DNA of 64,000 nt. Source: Squalus acanthias (taxonomy: Eukaryota). Positions 35,706 to 50,545 of this stretch are shown here, piece by piece (positions within the stretch are counted from its first letter, which is position 1; each line of letters begins with the position of its first letter). The notes under the pieces were generated by a model. It saw nothing but the letters and a program-made list of their open reading frames with translations, did no database searches and had not been told where the DNA came from. A program made the position numbers and the translations under genes. Location: assembly GCA_030390025.1 (NCBI GenBank), contig CM059435.1, positions 77,376,001-77,440,000 on the forward strand, written 5' to 3'.

Positions 35706-37935
35706 GAACAAAACATGCACAATTATCATATTTGAATTATTAAGGAAGATCTGCAGCAGACAATATTTTCAATCTCTTGCTCCCATTAATAGTACCTTTG
35801 TATTGCACAGAACAATTGAAAATAAAGTGGGTTCAGATCCAGACCAAGCCAATAGGATGGAAGCCTATTTTCTTTGTCGGCTGTACATGAAATGTGTTTG
35901 AGCAACCTCAACCTAGCACCTAAAGGATTCCCGTCGACAGCATAAAACTCACCATAGTTCAGCAGCAATTGACACTAAATACCTATATAACCATAAAAGG
36001 TTTATTCTTTTGCACAAATAATGATCACAGCCAATTGAATTATCCTCCAGAGGAATCAAAGAGTCTAAATAACTGAGTAACCAAGTTGCAAGCCTGCAAC
36101 ATAACCATATGATATAAAAGATTTCATCGATTGCCACAGCTTCAGTGATTAGTGTCTTTTGCTCAAATTAAGCCTGATTTTGGTTTCAAGCTTCTTGGAA
36201 GGCCAAGTGTGCATGTAATGTCATAATTATTGATTACCACACAATATTAAAACATGGAGAGGAGATACTTTTTAAGTTCAAATGCAACATGTGCAAGAAA
36301 CAAAAAAATCATCTTGCTGACATCACATGCCTGATGAGTGATTCTATTTAGAAAAAAATGGAAAGCCTTACCTTCTGGATTCACCAAAACAGGTCCTGTT
36401 TATATTTGAGAAGTACTATCATTTCATTCACTGGTTGGGATCAGTGCCGGCCTGATTTGACAGAAAGCTGTTCTGCCAATAACACCAGAAATTGAATAAT
36501 GCTCAGGCAGTGGGGAAGGGAGGGGAAGAAAAAGCCAGCAACAGCACATGGATGGTCACGGTGTTGGGTGGCAGGATGGCACGCAGGCATTTCTTAAATG
36601 AATGAAACAGATTGACATTTATGGCCTGCAAACCTAGTCAGATAATACGAGCAGCTTGGTCTTAATATTCCATGGTAGCTTTTACACTATAGTGAGCAGT
36701 ACACTGGATTTTAAACAATGTATACACAAATATCCATCACACTCATCTACACATGCAACACTCTAGATCTAGTCACAAGGTTACAATGATTTGCACAATT
36801 GTGAATATTGAGGGGAAGTAATTATCAGGCGGTGTTTTTGAGCCAAACTTTTTTTTTTAAAAAGGAAGGCACACAACACAGCAAACACAACACAGACTAG
36901 TGGGGGTGATGTCAACCTACCCAAAATGCACTGCAGGAAGGAGAAGCATCCCCCTGGTGGTGAGAAATTGTAATGTTACAAGTTGGACAAGGTCACAACA
37001 CGACAGAACATGCTTCAGAACAACTGTCAAAGGGGCTCCTTGGCAAAGTATTGACATTTATTTTTGAAAAGACACATTGCCATGACAGAACTAAACACGA
37101 GAGGGGGATAAAAAGTGGTGTGCTTGGGGAAGCACTCTCACATTTTCATGAATAACTTGGTTTTCTTTAAAGTTCACTCTCTCCCCAAGTTATCTCCCCA
37201 TTTCCCACCTCTTCTCCTGAAGGTAACAACTAATGCTGTCATACAGGCATCAGCTCTCCATCTCACTAAATGGCCATTCTATATTTGTGATCCTTAGCAG
37301 TATGCAACTAAGCCTGGGGGAGTAAAGAAACATCAGAACTGAACTAATCCTATCTTCAACCAGGGTCCACACACGTGCATCATTTTCAGCAGAGGTTACT
37401 AGATAGGAATCAGGAGCAGGAATTGCAGTCAATTTTTCTTTTCCTTAGCCTGGGGGCAATAAGGTGCCCTGTAAACAGCAATGAAACTTCCAGAGTACAA
37501 CAGTCAATGTCACAGATATAGGCATTTATTCTTCTATTTAATTTATGCATGCGAAGTGGGATAATTAAAATACAGGCATCCATTTATGAATCCAATCCTC
37601 TAGTTGTAGTTTCTATGGAATGGCGAGTGTACAGGTAAGACTGCTAATGGGTAAAACTGTAGCTATTTTGGAACAGGGCTGGAATAAAAAGGTATGGACC
37701 ACTTCATCCCAGTGCACATATATTAAATTGCAAGTGACTAAGCTTCTGGCCATTCATCTGATAGAGGTGCCAAAGAACATTGAGGATGACTCTCTCTTTT
37801 AAGTTTGCTGCTCCCTTTGGGGAACTACCCACCTCCATTCAGTTCCTCCTCACTGACTAAGCGGAGACCAGGAACTCAACAGGTGCATGAACCCACATTC
37901 TGTCACTGGGTGGCAATATGCTGCAAGCCACATCA

Positions 37936-38121
37936 GGGTAGATTTTCCAACTTGCCCCCCACCCCCACCATGGCATAAAAGGAGCATTGCAGATTGACCA
38001 CCCATTAGAGAAACCACCCAATTTTAATATTCATTGGTTTCAAGGACAATGAAAATCAGGCGGTTTCTATAATGGGCATCAGCCAGTTTTACACCCAGGT
38101 GACAAGTTAAAAATCGAGCCC
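37936..38121. mobile_element. Small palindromic MITE
   Basis: Ends gggtagattttccaacttg / caagttaaaaatcgagccc; internal inverted repeat cccattagagaaacc...ggtttctataatggg. Confidence 0.65.
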
Positions 38122-38202
38122 ATTGTTACTTGATCTAACAAAGAAATCTAGTCTAAGGGGCTGTAACACAGCTAAAAGTACTGTGGGATCATTAGATTTC
38201 TA

Positions 38203-38577
<375 letters not shown>

Positions 38578-39982
38578 TCAATATTCTTCGAGCCCCTCTC
38601 AAGGCTGGTGGCCCTCCAGTTGCATAACATTGTTTCTGTGTGAGCCTAAACAGTCAGTCCTCACAAGTTACTCTACAGTGGGGATCTCTCAGCTGTGATT
38701 CATCTCATACTCCTTTGACATCGACACACTCTCCATTAGGGGGTTACTAGATAGAAACTACATCTAGAAACCACAGCTGACTTCTCCTTCTCGAACCTAG
38801 AAACACAGGTCAATTGTAGTGCTCCCACTGCTGTCTTGGCTGAGATCAGCTCGCTCAGAGACCAGGGATCCAATCCTGGGACTGTATGGCTGAGCGCTCA
38901 CACCTTGTGGGTTATGCACTGAGCAAAAGGAGCCAGATGTTTTTTTTTAAATGTTAGAAGCCAAGTAGAGGAGATTTGGGGGGAGGGGGGGTGGGGGGGT
39001 GGAGAAGAGGAGGCTGGCACATTTTTCAAGGAGTGCCAGTCTGTCTCAAACTTGAATGGGCACTGCCACTACTTACACTGAGCAGTGAAGGGCAGAGCAA
39101 CAATTATATAAGATTTGAAGAAACATCCATGAATCTGAGCAGGATGCCGATCTCCATTGGGTAGCTTTAAAGCAACACGAACAATATTTACTAAAAGCTG
39201 AGAAAAACAGGCACTTTTTAATTAAAATTAGTCAAACAGATGAATGATGTAATTGCTAGTTTACACACATTTAAATATAGAGCAGCTGGGTTAGCTGCAA
39301 GATGGTACATAAAATGCATCTGGGAGTTGGTTACTCATCTCTCATTACCAGAACTGCTAGGAGAGCTGCAGTTTACCCAACAGGAGTCAGTCAGTCTCTT
39401 TCTTGATTTCTTTCTTTAAACAACCCATTCCCATGCATTTAACAAAGTAATTCTTCATTGGGGCACTAGTAAGCTAGGCAGTGCTTGAGGGAGCAGCCAG
39501 CCCAGCATTCAGCCTCTGAGGCTAGGCACTCCTGGAAGAAAGAGCATTATTGATCTGATGCTGATGACCCTGCGGTGCATTTCCAGCATTTTCTGTTTTT
39601 ATGCCAAAGCTATTTTCATCGTTTCCGCTCAATTCACTGCACGTGCTGTAGTTGATGGTTTATCCAACGGACGTGTTCCCCAGGGCTCGGTCTTCACTTC
39701 CACTCTGTACCTTTCCCACATAACAGACTGCCTCCACTCATCATCTACCATTATCCATTCTAGCTGATCATTTTGCTTTACATTCATTAACTTCCTTTAG
39801 ATCACACATCCTCTGTACTCACAGTGCAATGTTGAATCATTTTAATCTTGATCTCTGTGCCTTTAGTTTGGCACTGAAAATCTTTCCTTCAATTTTTCTG
39901 ACAGTTTGTTCACGTCTCCAAGCTCAAGTCCATCCAAGATTTGAATTTTGTACCTATATCTGGGGAGGCTCTCCATGCACCC

Positions 39983-40470
39983 AATAGGAACAAGAGTAGG
40001 CCATTCCGCCATTCAATTAGAAAGGCTGATCTGTACCTCAACTCCATTTAACTGCCTTTGTTCTATATCTTTTGATATCCTTACCTAACAAAAATCAATC
40101 GATCTCAGTCTTGAAAATGTCAGCATCCACAGCCTTTTGGGGGAGCGAGTTCTAGATTTCCACTACCAATGCTTCTTGATTTCATTCCTAAATGGCCCAG
40201 CTAATTTTAAGTTTCTGCCATTGTTCTAGATCCCCTGACCAGAGGAAATAGTTTCTCTGTATCGAATCCCTTAATCTTTTTAAATATCTTGATTAGATCA
40301 CCTTCTAAACTCAAGGGATTGCAATCCAAATTTATGCAACCCTTTAAGCCTGGTATTATTCTGGTGAATCTGCGCTGTACCCCTACCAAGGCCAATATAT
40401 CTTTCCTGAGGTTCGGTGCCCAAACCTGAACGCAGTACTCCAGGTGGGATCTGACCATGACTCTGTACAC
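39983..40470 (-). mobile_element. CR1 LINE 3' fragment
   Basis: Minus-strand ORF VRSHLEYCVQVWAPNLRKDILALVGVQRRFTRIIPGLKG plus a CR1 3' tail. Confidence 0.9.
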
Positions 40471-41381
40471 CCCTCTCACACTCCTGGACAGAATACAAGA
40501 AAAAGCCTGTAGTCCAATAAAAGATGTCTCTATCACCTCCAGCCTCCAATCTCTGTTTCTGCATTGCAATGTTTCTTGTCTTTTTCTACTTTATGACTAT
40601 GGATAGTCATCATTGCTCCTCTGAACTTTGGTAGGTAAATAGTTTGATATACCTACAGTCTATCTTCCAAGCTCCAAATACATATTCTTATGCTCTTCTG
40701 CCTTGCTACATCCCTACTGTGCTGAAATTAGGACCCCTCAGTCTCTTACTTACCCAAGACCTTAAAACTGTTGAACTCCTTACCTTTTAAATTCTTTCCT
40801 TCTTCCTGCAATTTTTAGGCATTTAAAACTTAAGCTTGGCATTGCCCCATTACTACTTCTCTTTAGCCTGCCAATGGGGCATCATGTCCAATTTTTAAAG
40901 GGGCCTTCACAGGAGGAGGCAGCAGCATTAGTTTGTAGCCAACACATGAACGAATAAACTCATTGCTCATATTTTTATTCAACCTTTCTGTCTGAACCAC
41001 AACCACCTCTGCTGCCACACCACCACCACCAACTTTCATTTGTATATCACTTTTATCTGTAGAAAAACATCCCAAGACTGTTGATAGAAGCACGTGGGAA
41101 AATTGGACAATGAGGGGGTTGTCGGCCGGAGGAGGTTACAAGCATAGGGAGGGGGCAAGGCCATGGAGGGATTTAAACACAAGGATAAGAATTTTAAATT
41201 TGAGGCTGGATGGGGGGACCTGGTTGCCAATATAGGGGAGTGAGATTGGACTGCCACTTCAAGGCGACTGCAGTTAGGTACACAAGATTGATTGCAGCTC
41301 ATCAACAATTCTCCTCCCCCCTCCATTCACGAGAAAGAAACCATACTTCCACACAATACAGCAAGCCTACAAGCTCACTCA

Positions 41382-41678
<297 letters not shown>

Positions 41679-43268
41679 TTAAAAAGCCCTCTTTTGATGG
41701 GTTGTATTTTGTGTGTGAACCATGCACATTAATCCCATGAGTGGAAATCAAACTTCTTCTTGGGGTACATCTGTAACAGCCCAGCTCCAAGTAGGGTCAG
41801 GAAATTGGTGCACCCAAAGTAGACAATATTAATATATACACAGCATGGAGTCATAAAAAAAGTGAGGGAGCAAAATCATATGTCTGCCTCTTCAGCCTAG
41901 GTGGTCATTATCTGAGAGAGAAAATGGATCTAAATTGCTCTTTGTAGCTTACTTTGAATTATCAAAGCCACAAGTTACGAAAATATGTCATTGCATCAAG
42001 AAGGTTGCAGATCACCTCCCTGCCCTCAAATCACAGGCATCTGTCTGTTTTTCATCTATATGTGAATAAAACAATTTACAGTTACAATTAATTCTGAAAT
42101 TTAGTGCAATCTTAGAAGTTTCATGTAGAATTGGGACAGGCAGCAATGTTCTTTCTAGAAAGCCAGATGGTGAAGAATTGCTTATTCTAAAATTCTTCCT
42201 TGAAGTAATCAACAAACACACCTGAAAACTGAAAAGAACTCTTCCATTAACCAGCACTCCTGCTGAACAATGGGCGGGGCGAAGGCCCATGGACTGTGCC
42301 GCTAATCGGCTGAGATACCCAACATGCACTCTTAGGGGGAGGGGTTGGGTTCGAAAATCAACAGAGAAAGACTTGTCTCATGAAATGTTGCTTCCTGCTG
42401 GACAACTAGAAAAACAGCATTGACTGAGAACAAGGAAAACACTTTCTCCATGTCACAAGCCCTTTTTAAAAAAAAACCTGCAAAAAAACTAGGAGATACA
42501 TAGAAATATTTTGCTTGGCTATCATGCACCAGGCATCACACTTTATATAAATTACAACTGAACAATTTTAAAAAGGTATAAAATGACAGAGAAACTCAGT
42601 GATTGATTTTTTTTGTGACATTAAGAAAACCTGAAAAGGTTGTTGAGCCCCATATCCTACCAAGCGGTTAATCTAGAGAACCTTCCAACAACAGTGAACT
42701 GCTAATTGACCTCAGGATGTGCCCATCTCTAACCGTTCATTCCTCTGTAAAGTTCGCAAACTCTTCAGTACCACGTCGCTCCATGTCCATCTCTCTCAAA
42801 AGCTCCCTCCAGTCCTGTTTTTGCCCTGCTTACAGCACCGGCGATGACTCTCATAAGTGGCATCCTTTGTGACTGTGGTGCATTACACCTCCTTGTTCTC
42901 CTCAACCTCCCTGCAGCATCTGTTTCCCTGTCTATTTTCATTTCTGAAGCACCTTGGGGCATTTTTTACATTGAAGACGCTAACTAAATGCAAGTCACCA
43001 TCGTTGTTTATTGACATCACTTCCCTGCGGGGAATACCTGAGCACTGGTTTAGAGGGATCAGTGCATCGAGCAGAGGGCCATCACACTTCAAAGAGCCAC
43101 TCTTTGTTGCAGATGCAAAACCGTTTTTAAAGAACCCAGCATTGACCTGAAGCCCGAAATTTACAAGCAGCTACAATTCCCTGAATTTGTCCATTTACAT
43201 CAGAGCCCCACAGATAGAACTTGAGCAATGGCCTGTGAGAGACAGGCCAATTCGGCAGCTAAACATCA

Positions 43269-43532
<264 letters not shown>

Positions 43533-44074
43533 TTACCACGGCCATAAGCACTGTAGGAAATCAATTAAGAAAGTCTACTGTTTTATACATAAACTGAACT
43601 ACTGCTGTGGGAGTCTCTGCCAGCCACTTGCAACAAAGAGTCTGGTGTTGACACCACTCACCATCTGCAAACAGGCCAAACCACAGCTGGTAACTAACTG
43701 GTTGGAATACCGCTTGTACAATTATTGGCAGTTTTCCCACTAATCCCAGTGATGCAGCCTACCCAATATACCCATTGAGACAGTACGGCTTTTGTTCACC
43801 AGTGCACTGGCTAGTTTATTCACTGATCAGTAGTGAGAAGATGGATAGGGAAAGAAACCAGATTTAAACTTGCCTGGAAAGGGTTGGAGCAGCACTAAAA
43901 ACAGGTCAAAATTGAGAGATGTGTGTTACACTTGCTTGTGTTCATGCATAATGTGGTGTGTCATTCACTTTAAAGCACTAATTCCACACACACATTAAAT
44001 ATAGGTACAGAGATGGCTTTTATAATTCTTGGTTGTCCCGAATTTCAAACTAGTTCAGTTTAAATGGTGGGGTC

Positions 44075-45427
44075 ATGGTCTCCTTGGACCATGACCCCAC
44101 CACTGAACATCAAGCCACCGTTTCCAAGACTGTTACTGAGCTCATCACCTCTGGAGCTCTTCTCCCCATGGTCTCCAACCTCAGTCCTCCAACCCCGCAT
44201 AGCCGGCTTCTACCTCCTTCCCAAGATCCACAAACAGGACTACCCTGGCAGACCCATCGTTTCAGCCTGTTCTTGCCCCATGGAACTAATTTCTTCCTAT
44301 CTCAACTCTATTTTTTCTCCTTGTCCAGTCTCTTCCTGCCTATATCCGCAATTCTTCCAACGCCCTCCGCCACTTTAACAGTTTCCTGGCCCTAACCGTC
44401 TTTTCACTATGGATGTCCAATCCTTCTACACCTCCATCCCCCACCAGGACAACCGGAGGGTGCTCCGCTTCTTCCTTGAACGGAGGCCCAACCAGTCCCC
44501 ATCGACCACCACCCTCCTCCGCCTGGCTGAACTTGCTCTCACATTGAACAACCTCTCCTTTGACTCCACTCACTTCCTCCAAAAAGGTGTTGCTATAGGA
44601 ACCCGCATGGGTCATAGCAATGCCTGCCTTTTTGTGGTTATGTGGAACATTCTTTGTTCCAGTCTTACTCGGGTCCCCACCCTCACCTCTTTTGAAAAAT
44701 TGATGACTGTATCAGTGCCAATTTCATCCCTTCCCGTGCCTTCAAATGGTCCATCTCCGACTCTTCCCTTCCTTTACTTCTGTCTCCATTTCTGGGGATA
44801 GGCTATCGACCAATAGCCACTATAAGCCCACTGACTCCCACAGCTACCTTGGCTATATTTCTTCCCACCCCATTTCCTGTAAGGACTCTATTCCATTCTC
44901 CTAGTTTCTCCGTCTCATCAGTTCTGATGATGCCACCTTCCATACCAGTGCTTCAGATATGTCTTCCTTTTTCCTCAACTGAGGATTCCCCTCCACCGTG
45001 GTTGACAGGGCCCTCGACTGTGTCCATTTCATTTCCAGCACTTCTGCTCTCGCCCCTTCCCCTCCCTCCCAGAACCACGATAGGGTTCCCCTTGTCCTCA
45101 CCTTTCACCCCACCAGCCTCCACATTCAACGGATCATCCTCCGCCATTTCCGCCAACTCCAGCGTGACCCACCACCAAACACATCTTCCCCTTCCCTCCC
45201 CTTTCAGCATTCCGAAGGGACCGCTCCCTCCAGGACACCCTGGTCTACTCCTCAATCACCCCCAACAGCCCCTCCCCTCCCCACGGTATCTTCCCGTGCA
45301 AGCGCAGGAGATGGAACACCTGCCCTTTTTTCTCCTCCTTTCCCACCATCCAGGACCCCAAACACTCCTTCCAGGTGAAACAACGATTTACTTGCACTTC
45401 TTTCAATTTAGTATACTGTATTCACTT
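44075..45427 (+). mobile_element. Penelope-like element internal fragment (RT and start of GIY-YIG endonuclease)
   Basis: Frameshifted motifs [66 protein letters not shown] and CTSFNLVYCI. Confidence 0.92.
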
Positions 45428-45648
45428 GGTGGAAAATGTTCTGGACATTCCTACTTTGATATAATTTCTTGTGTAGCAATGCAGAAAATGGCAAGCAATA
45501 CTGAAGTGAGGTTTTGAAAATACGCTCATTCCTTTTAGCAGAAGTAAAATTTGTCTTTTAGGGGTTGGGAGTGAGGGATAGTTACATAAATGTTTCAACT
45601 ATTTAGACAGTTGTGGAATTTTACATGTCTCCTCAGCAAAGCTTCTTA

Positions 45649-45912
<264 letters not shown>

Positions 45913-46883
45913 TCACGGTCAAGACCAATTCTGTTTTCACCAGACATCCACATGTGTGCATTTTCGAGCATGTGTCGTTGGAGATAGGGGAGGACTAGGA
46001 ATGCTGGCAGAAATTTTTCCACTCCATAGCCCACTGAGCTCCGTTGTACTGACCCTATTGCTGCCCTGACTATCATCAGCTAATTCAGCAGTGACCAATG
46101 TTTGAACCTCCCTGGTCTGGTGGCTCAGCACCACAGCAGTAAGGGCTCTTACCCCGGAGCTATCAGGGGACCGACTGGTTCTCTTCATTGCCCTAAAGTA
46201 ATTGTGAAGGTGAATCTATTACCAGATGGTCTGAATGCCATGATGCAATGTCAGAGATTGGCTAATTTGAAGCAGGGTGTGTGTGAGTGAGTGAGTGAGG
46301 TGAGTGAGAGCGCGAGAGAGCGCGTGAGCGTGAGAGAGCGAGCGAGAGCGCAGCAACCCCCACCAAACAACAAGTAGTTGCTAATGATCACGGAGAAGAG
46401 GCACGTTGTGAGGAGTTTGACCGCCAGCACTCCTGTAGGGTTGGGGAGGGGGTTCATAGCATCCAGCTCCAACAGTCAGCGTCCCCTTCTCATGGGCCAA
46501 GTTACGCGTGGTGGGGTGGGGGGGGGGAAGAGGGGGGAAACAGCTCTTACAAATTAAACAAAACATTACACAAAAATTGAAAAAAAAGTGTGCGACTTTG
46601 TGCAATAAAATAATTGCACAAATAGAAGGTGTCCGATTAAAATAAATCAAATCAATGCAACAGATTTCAAAGAAAGAAAATACTGAGTTCAGTGGGTTTC
46701 TTCCTCCCAGTTAACCAAGTTTAGTTTTTTTTTAAATTGCAATCTGGTAATTTTTTTCAACCACATATCCATAATTACATTTTCCCCTACTCTAGTATTT
46801 GCTTTTTCTGTACTTGGAAATGTGGACAACACCAAGGCATCCCTTGGTGCCCCGAGGGTATAGAGAGTCAACCAGTGTGGAAC

Positions 46884-46994
46884 TGGAGTCAGACTGGGTA
46901 GGGGTGGCAGGACATTTCTATGCACACAGCACATGTAAAACTACATATTCCAGCTGCAGAAAGAGAGAGAGAGAGAGAAAAAGAGGTTTTATAC
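46884..46994 (-). pseudogene. Decayed duplicate of KIAA0930 exon 4 (pseudo-exon)
   Basis: tgcacacagcacatgt..actacatattc.agctgcagaaagagaga...aggtttta is shared with 45759-45817; the acceptor is intact, a +2 indel gives LEYVVLHVLCA* and the donor is decayed. Confidence 0.85.
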
Positions 46995-47454
46995 TTGTGC
47001 TTTACCACACATTGACAGGTTTACATGAATCCAATTTCACAATTTGTCACTGTCGGATTTGAATTCACAACCTCTGGGTTGTTAATCGAGTACCATAACC
47101 ACTAGGCTACTCCATGTGAAGTAAAGAAGCTCCCTTGTAAAAATAGTCTGGTCCCATCTCTAATCATTTTAAAATCCCCTTTTAAAAAAAAAACTAAAAT
47201 TAAAATCAGGGATCAGTACTGGTTGTGTGGACAGAACCCCCCCCACTGGTCAGATTCACTGACTAATGCAGTCCCTGGGGTGAAGATCATAGCTGAGATA
47301 CCCATCACTGCACAAACCGCAAGCTCCGGTCAATCCCTGTGGGATAAAAAGAAATCTATACTTTCAGAATATTCTAAGATTTGTTGGTGAAAATAAAAAA
47401 GGATTTATTCAATGGAATTTAGGGCAGTGATAACAGAATAGAGCCAAACCCCTT

Positions 47455-47888
47455 ACCCACAAGACTAGAGAAACTGGAATTGTTCTGCTTAGAGCAGAGA
47501 AGGTCAAAGGGAGATTTGATAGAGGTGTTCAAAATCATGAAGGGTTTTGATAAAGTAAATAAAGAGAAACGGTTTTCACTGGCAGGAGGGCTGATAACCA
47601 GAGAACACAGATTTAAGATAATTGGCAAAAGAACCAGAGGAGCAATAAGGAGAATTTTTTTTTTTTTTTATAAATGTAGCGAGTTATGAAGATCTGGAAT
47701 GCACTGCCTGAAAGGGTGGTGAAAGCAGATTCAATAATAACTTTCAAAAGCAAATTGGATAAATACTTGAAATGGAAACACTTGCAGTGCTGTGGGGAAA
47801 GAGTGGGACTAATTGGACAGCTCTTTCAAAGAGCCGGCACAGGCACAATGGGTTGAATGGGCTCCTTCTGTGCTGTCAAATTCTATGA
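47455..47888 (+). mobile_element. CR1 LINE 3' fragment
   Basis: LEQRRSKGDLIEVFKIMKGFDKV plus the tail ggttgaatgggctccttctgtgctgtcaaattctatga. Confidence 0.9.
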
Positions 47889-47894
47889 CATATT

Positions 47895-48564
47895 GGCCCA
47901 TAATTTGCTGTCAAAATAACAGTGAGGCAAATGGCACACGCTGTTATTTATGTGTAAACTTTTCAGCAACTTAACACGGGGGACAGATGTGAGGCTAAAT
48001 AATGGAAATCCGAAAGTTGCAGTCCGAGATACGAGATCGCTTCGCAAAATCGGCATTTCGCTGTCAGCCTCACCATCGATATGCATTGAATGGTGTGAAG
48101 TTGCTGTATTTGCGCAGTAGATACAAACTAAACTCGCCACAGAAAGTTGATTTGTCCTTTTCAGTCTAAGTACCCTTTTAACAACATGATAAGTGTTAAT
48201 TACTGTCAAGCAACCTCCCTGGCACTGAAAATTAACTATTACAAGTACTGAGTCTCACTCATTCAGATTTTAATTGTTGTTGGAGATTTAAAATTGTAAC
48301 ATTTAAATTTTTTAAACTACTTTTCCTTTTGTCTTTTTTTTTCCTCTCTTAATCCAATCTTTCTTTCCCGCTCTTTATTTCTCGTTCTGTACCTGAATTG
48401 GCATCCACTCTAATTTACACTTCCTTCTCAGTCCTTGTGCTGTTAATTTCACAATCCTTCAATCTGATTGGTTAAGGAGATGCACAGTTGCTTTCCCTGT
48501 TCACTCAGGTCCCAGATGCCCAGATTCCCCTCGCTAGATTTGCTCCTACAGCAAATTACGGCCC
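47895..48564. mobile_element. PIF/Harbinger-type MITE
   Basis: TIRs GGCCCATAATTTGCTG / CAGCAAATTACGGCCC (14/16); flanks ATT and AGT; AT-rich core. Confidence 0.8.
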
Positions 48565-49394
48565 AGTCAGAGTATCAAACATTGAGCTGCCACTAGAGGG
48601 TGCTCTGCATCCAGCTGCAATTAGTGTGAGATATTGTAGAAAGCTCTAAAGATTCTCGAGAAATTAGTCCCACCCGTGTGAGTCTCCAAGAAGGAAGCCA
48701 AGGAAGAGCTCTTATGGGCAGTGATTACAGCAGTTACATTGTAGTGGGACTGTATGTGGTGTCTGGTCCCAAGGTACTGAACAGAGTATTAAAAGGGTGG
48801 GTATTTCTAGTGGAATTTCTCCCTCCTTATTTAGTATTGATAAAGAAAAATACCTCCAGTTTGTCCCCTTACCCCTGAAGTTCATGCAAACTTCATGTGC
48901 AATGCTAGAACATGAAGTGTTACTGAGCTATTCAACTAGAAGGACATTACAGTCAAGCCCAATCTGTCTTCAATTTATGTTCCCACATACATGATTTCAG
49001 CAGGAGTCACTGCACAGTGATCAGGAAATGATTAAAAAAAAACCTTACATAGCACATTATCACATCCTCAGAAAATCCCAAAGTGCTTGACAGCAATTAG
49101 TTACTTTTAAAATTCAATTGTTGTTATGTAAGCAAGTTCCAGGAGTGTGAACCCTGGTGGACTTTCCCCTCCCTAGCCCAGAGACACCAAGTCCAATTTT
49201 AGCACCCCCATTGTCAACCAGGTTGAGATAGATATAGATATAGATAAATAAATAAAGATTTCTGACAACCTGACAGGCCAATGGCCAGCAGGATATTACG
49301 AGTTTCAGTAAAACTGGTCCCTTTGGTTTAGAAAGCATCTCAAGTATTGCAGCTCGAGGATGGTGCCGGACCAGTAAGAAACTATCCAGTCTCA

Positions 49395-49568
<174 letters not shown>

Positions 49569-49759
49569 CTAATGCCAGATCAGCAGAGCTACTGATTCGC
49601 AGTAACTAAGAGAGTCAAATTCGGTTTTGTTTTTGCATGGCGTTCCGGGTTTTCTACTGATGTGTTGGGAAATCCAATTCCGTCTTTTTTCCCCCCATGA
49701 AAACCATAATGCAGATCCCTTTAGGAAATGAGAGCACATCAGAATCCACAAAAAATGAC

Positions 49760-50545
49760 GGGATTGTGAAAGACTGCAGCAGGGTATAGATAGGCTAGTG
49801 GGATGCGCAACAGATGCAGCACAATGTGGAAATAGTGAAATAATACACTTTGGAAGTAAGAATAGGAGAAGGAAACTCGGCTTAAAACGGTAAGATGTTA
49901 AAAAGGGATTAAAAGTGATGAAGGACTTTGTTGTGCAGGATATAGATCATTAAAGGTGGCAGTACAAACAAAATCCTTGGTTTTGTTCTGGAGACGTAGA
50001 ATACAAAAGCAGAGAGAGATAATATTGAACTTGGACAAGGCCTTAGTTAGGCCACAAGTTGGTGTATTTTGAGCATCCCATTATAGGAGAGCGATAAAAG
50101 CAGTGGAGCAGGTGCACCACAGACTCTCCAGGTGTTCCCAGGGACGGTAGGTTACAGCTATGCAGAGAAACTCGAGAAGTTAATTCCCCCACCCACTGGG
50201 GTTGAGAAAGTTAAGGCCGCACAAAGGTCTTCAAGATTATGAAGGGTCATTATAAAAGATAAATAATGAGGAGCTGTTTCCATTGCTCGGCAAGCTGGTA
50301 ACAAGAGGGCACAAAAAGAATGAAAATGGGAGATTAGAAAAAGATTCTTTACGCAGAGAGCAGTCAAAAGAATGTGGAATCTCTGCAAAAAACAGGGCCC
50401 ATAAAAAAGTAATTAGTTGTTTGAAAAAGAATATTAAAGGAGTAAGAGGATTGAGCAGGGAGAGTTGGATTAGACTAACTGGCTCATGGAGAAAAACACC
50501 AGCACAGACCTGATGGGCTGAATGGGCTGCTTCTGTGCTGCAACA
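49760..50545 (+). mobile_element. Degenerate CR1 LINE fragment
   Basis: ctgcagcagggtatagataggctag, aaggccttagttaggccac, and the tail tgatgggctgaatgggctgcttctgtgctg. Confidence 0.8.

Noticed and set aside
46490-46505. Resemblance of atgggccaagtt to human MIR1249, which is hosted in KIAA0930
   Set aside because: Only about 12 nt, on the opposite strand to the host gene, and without the mature sequence.
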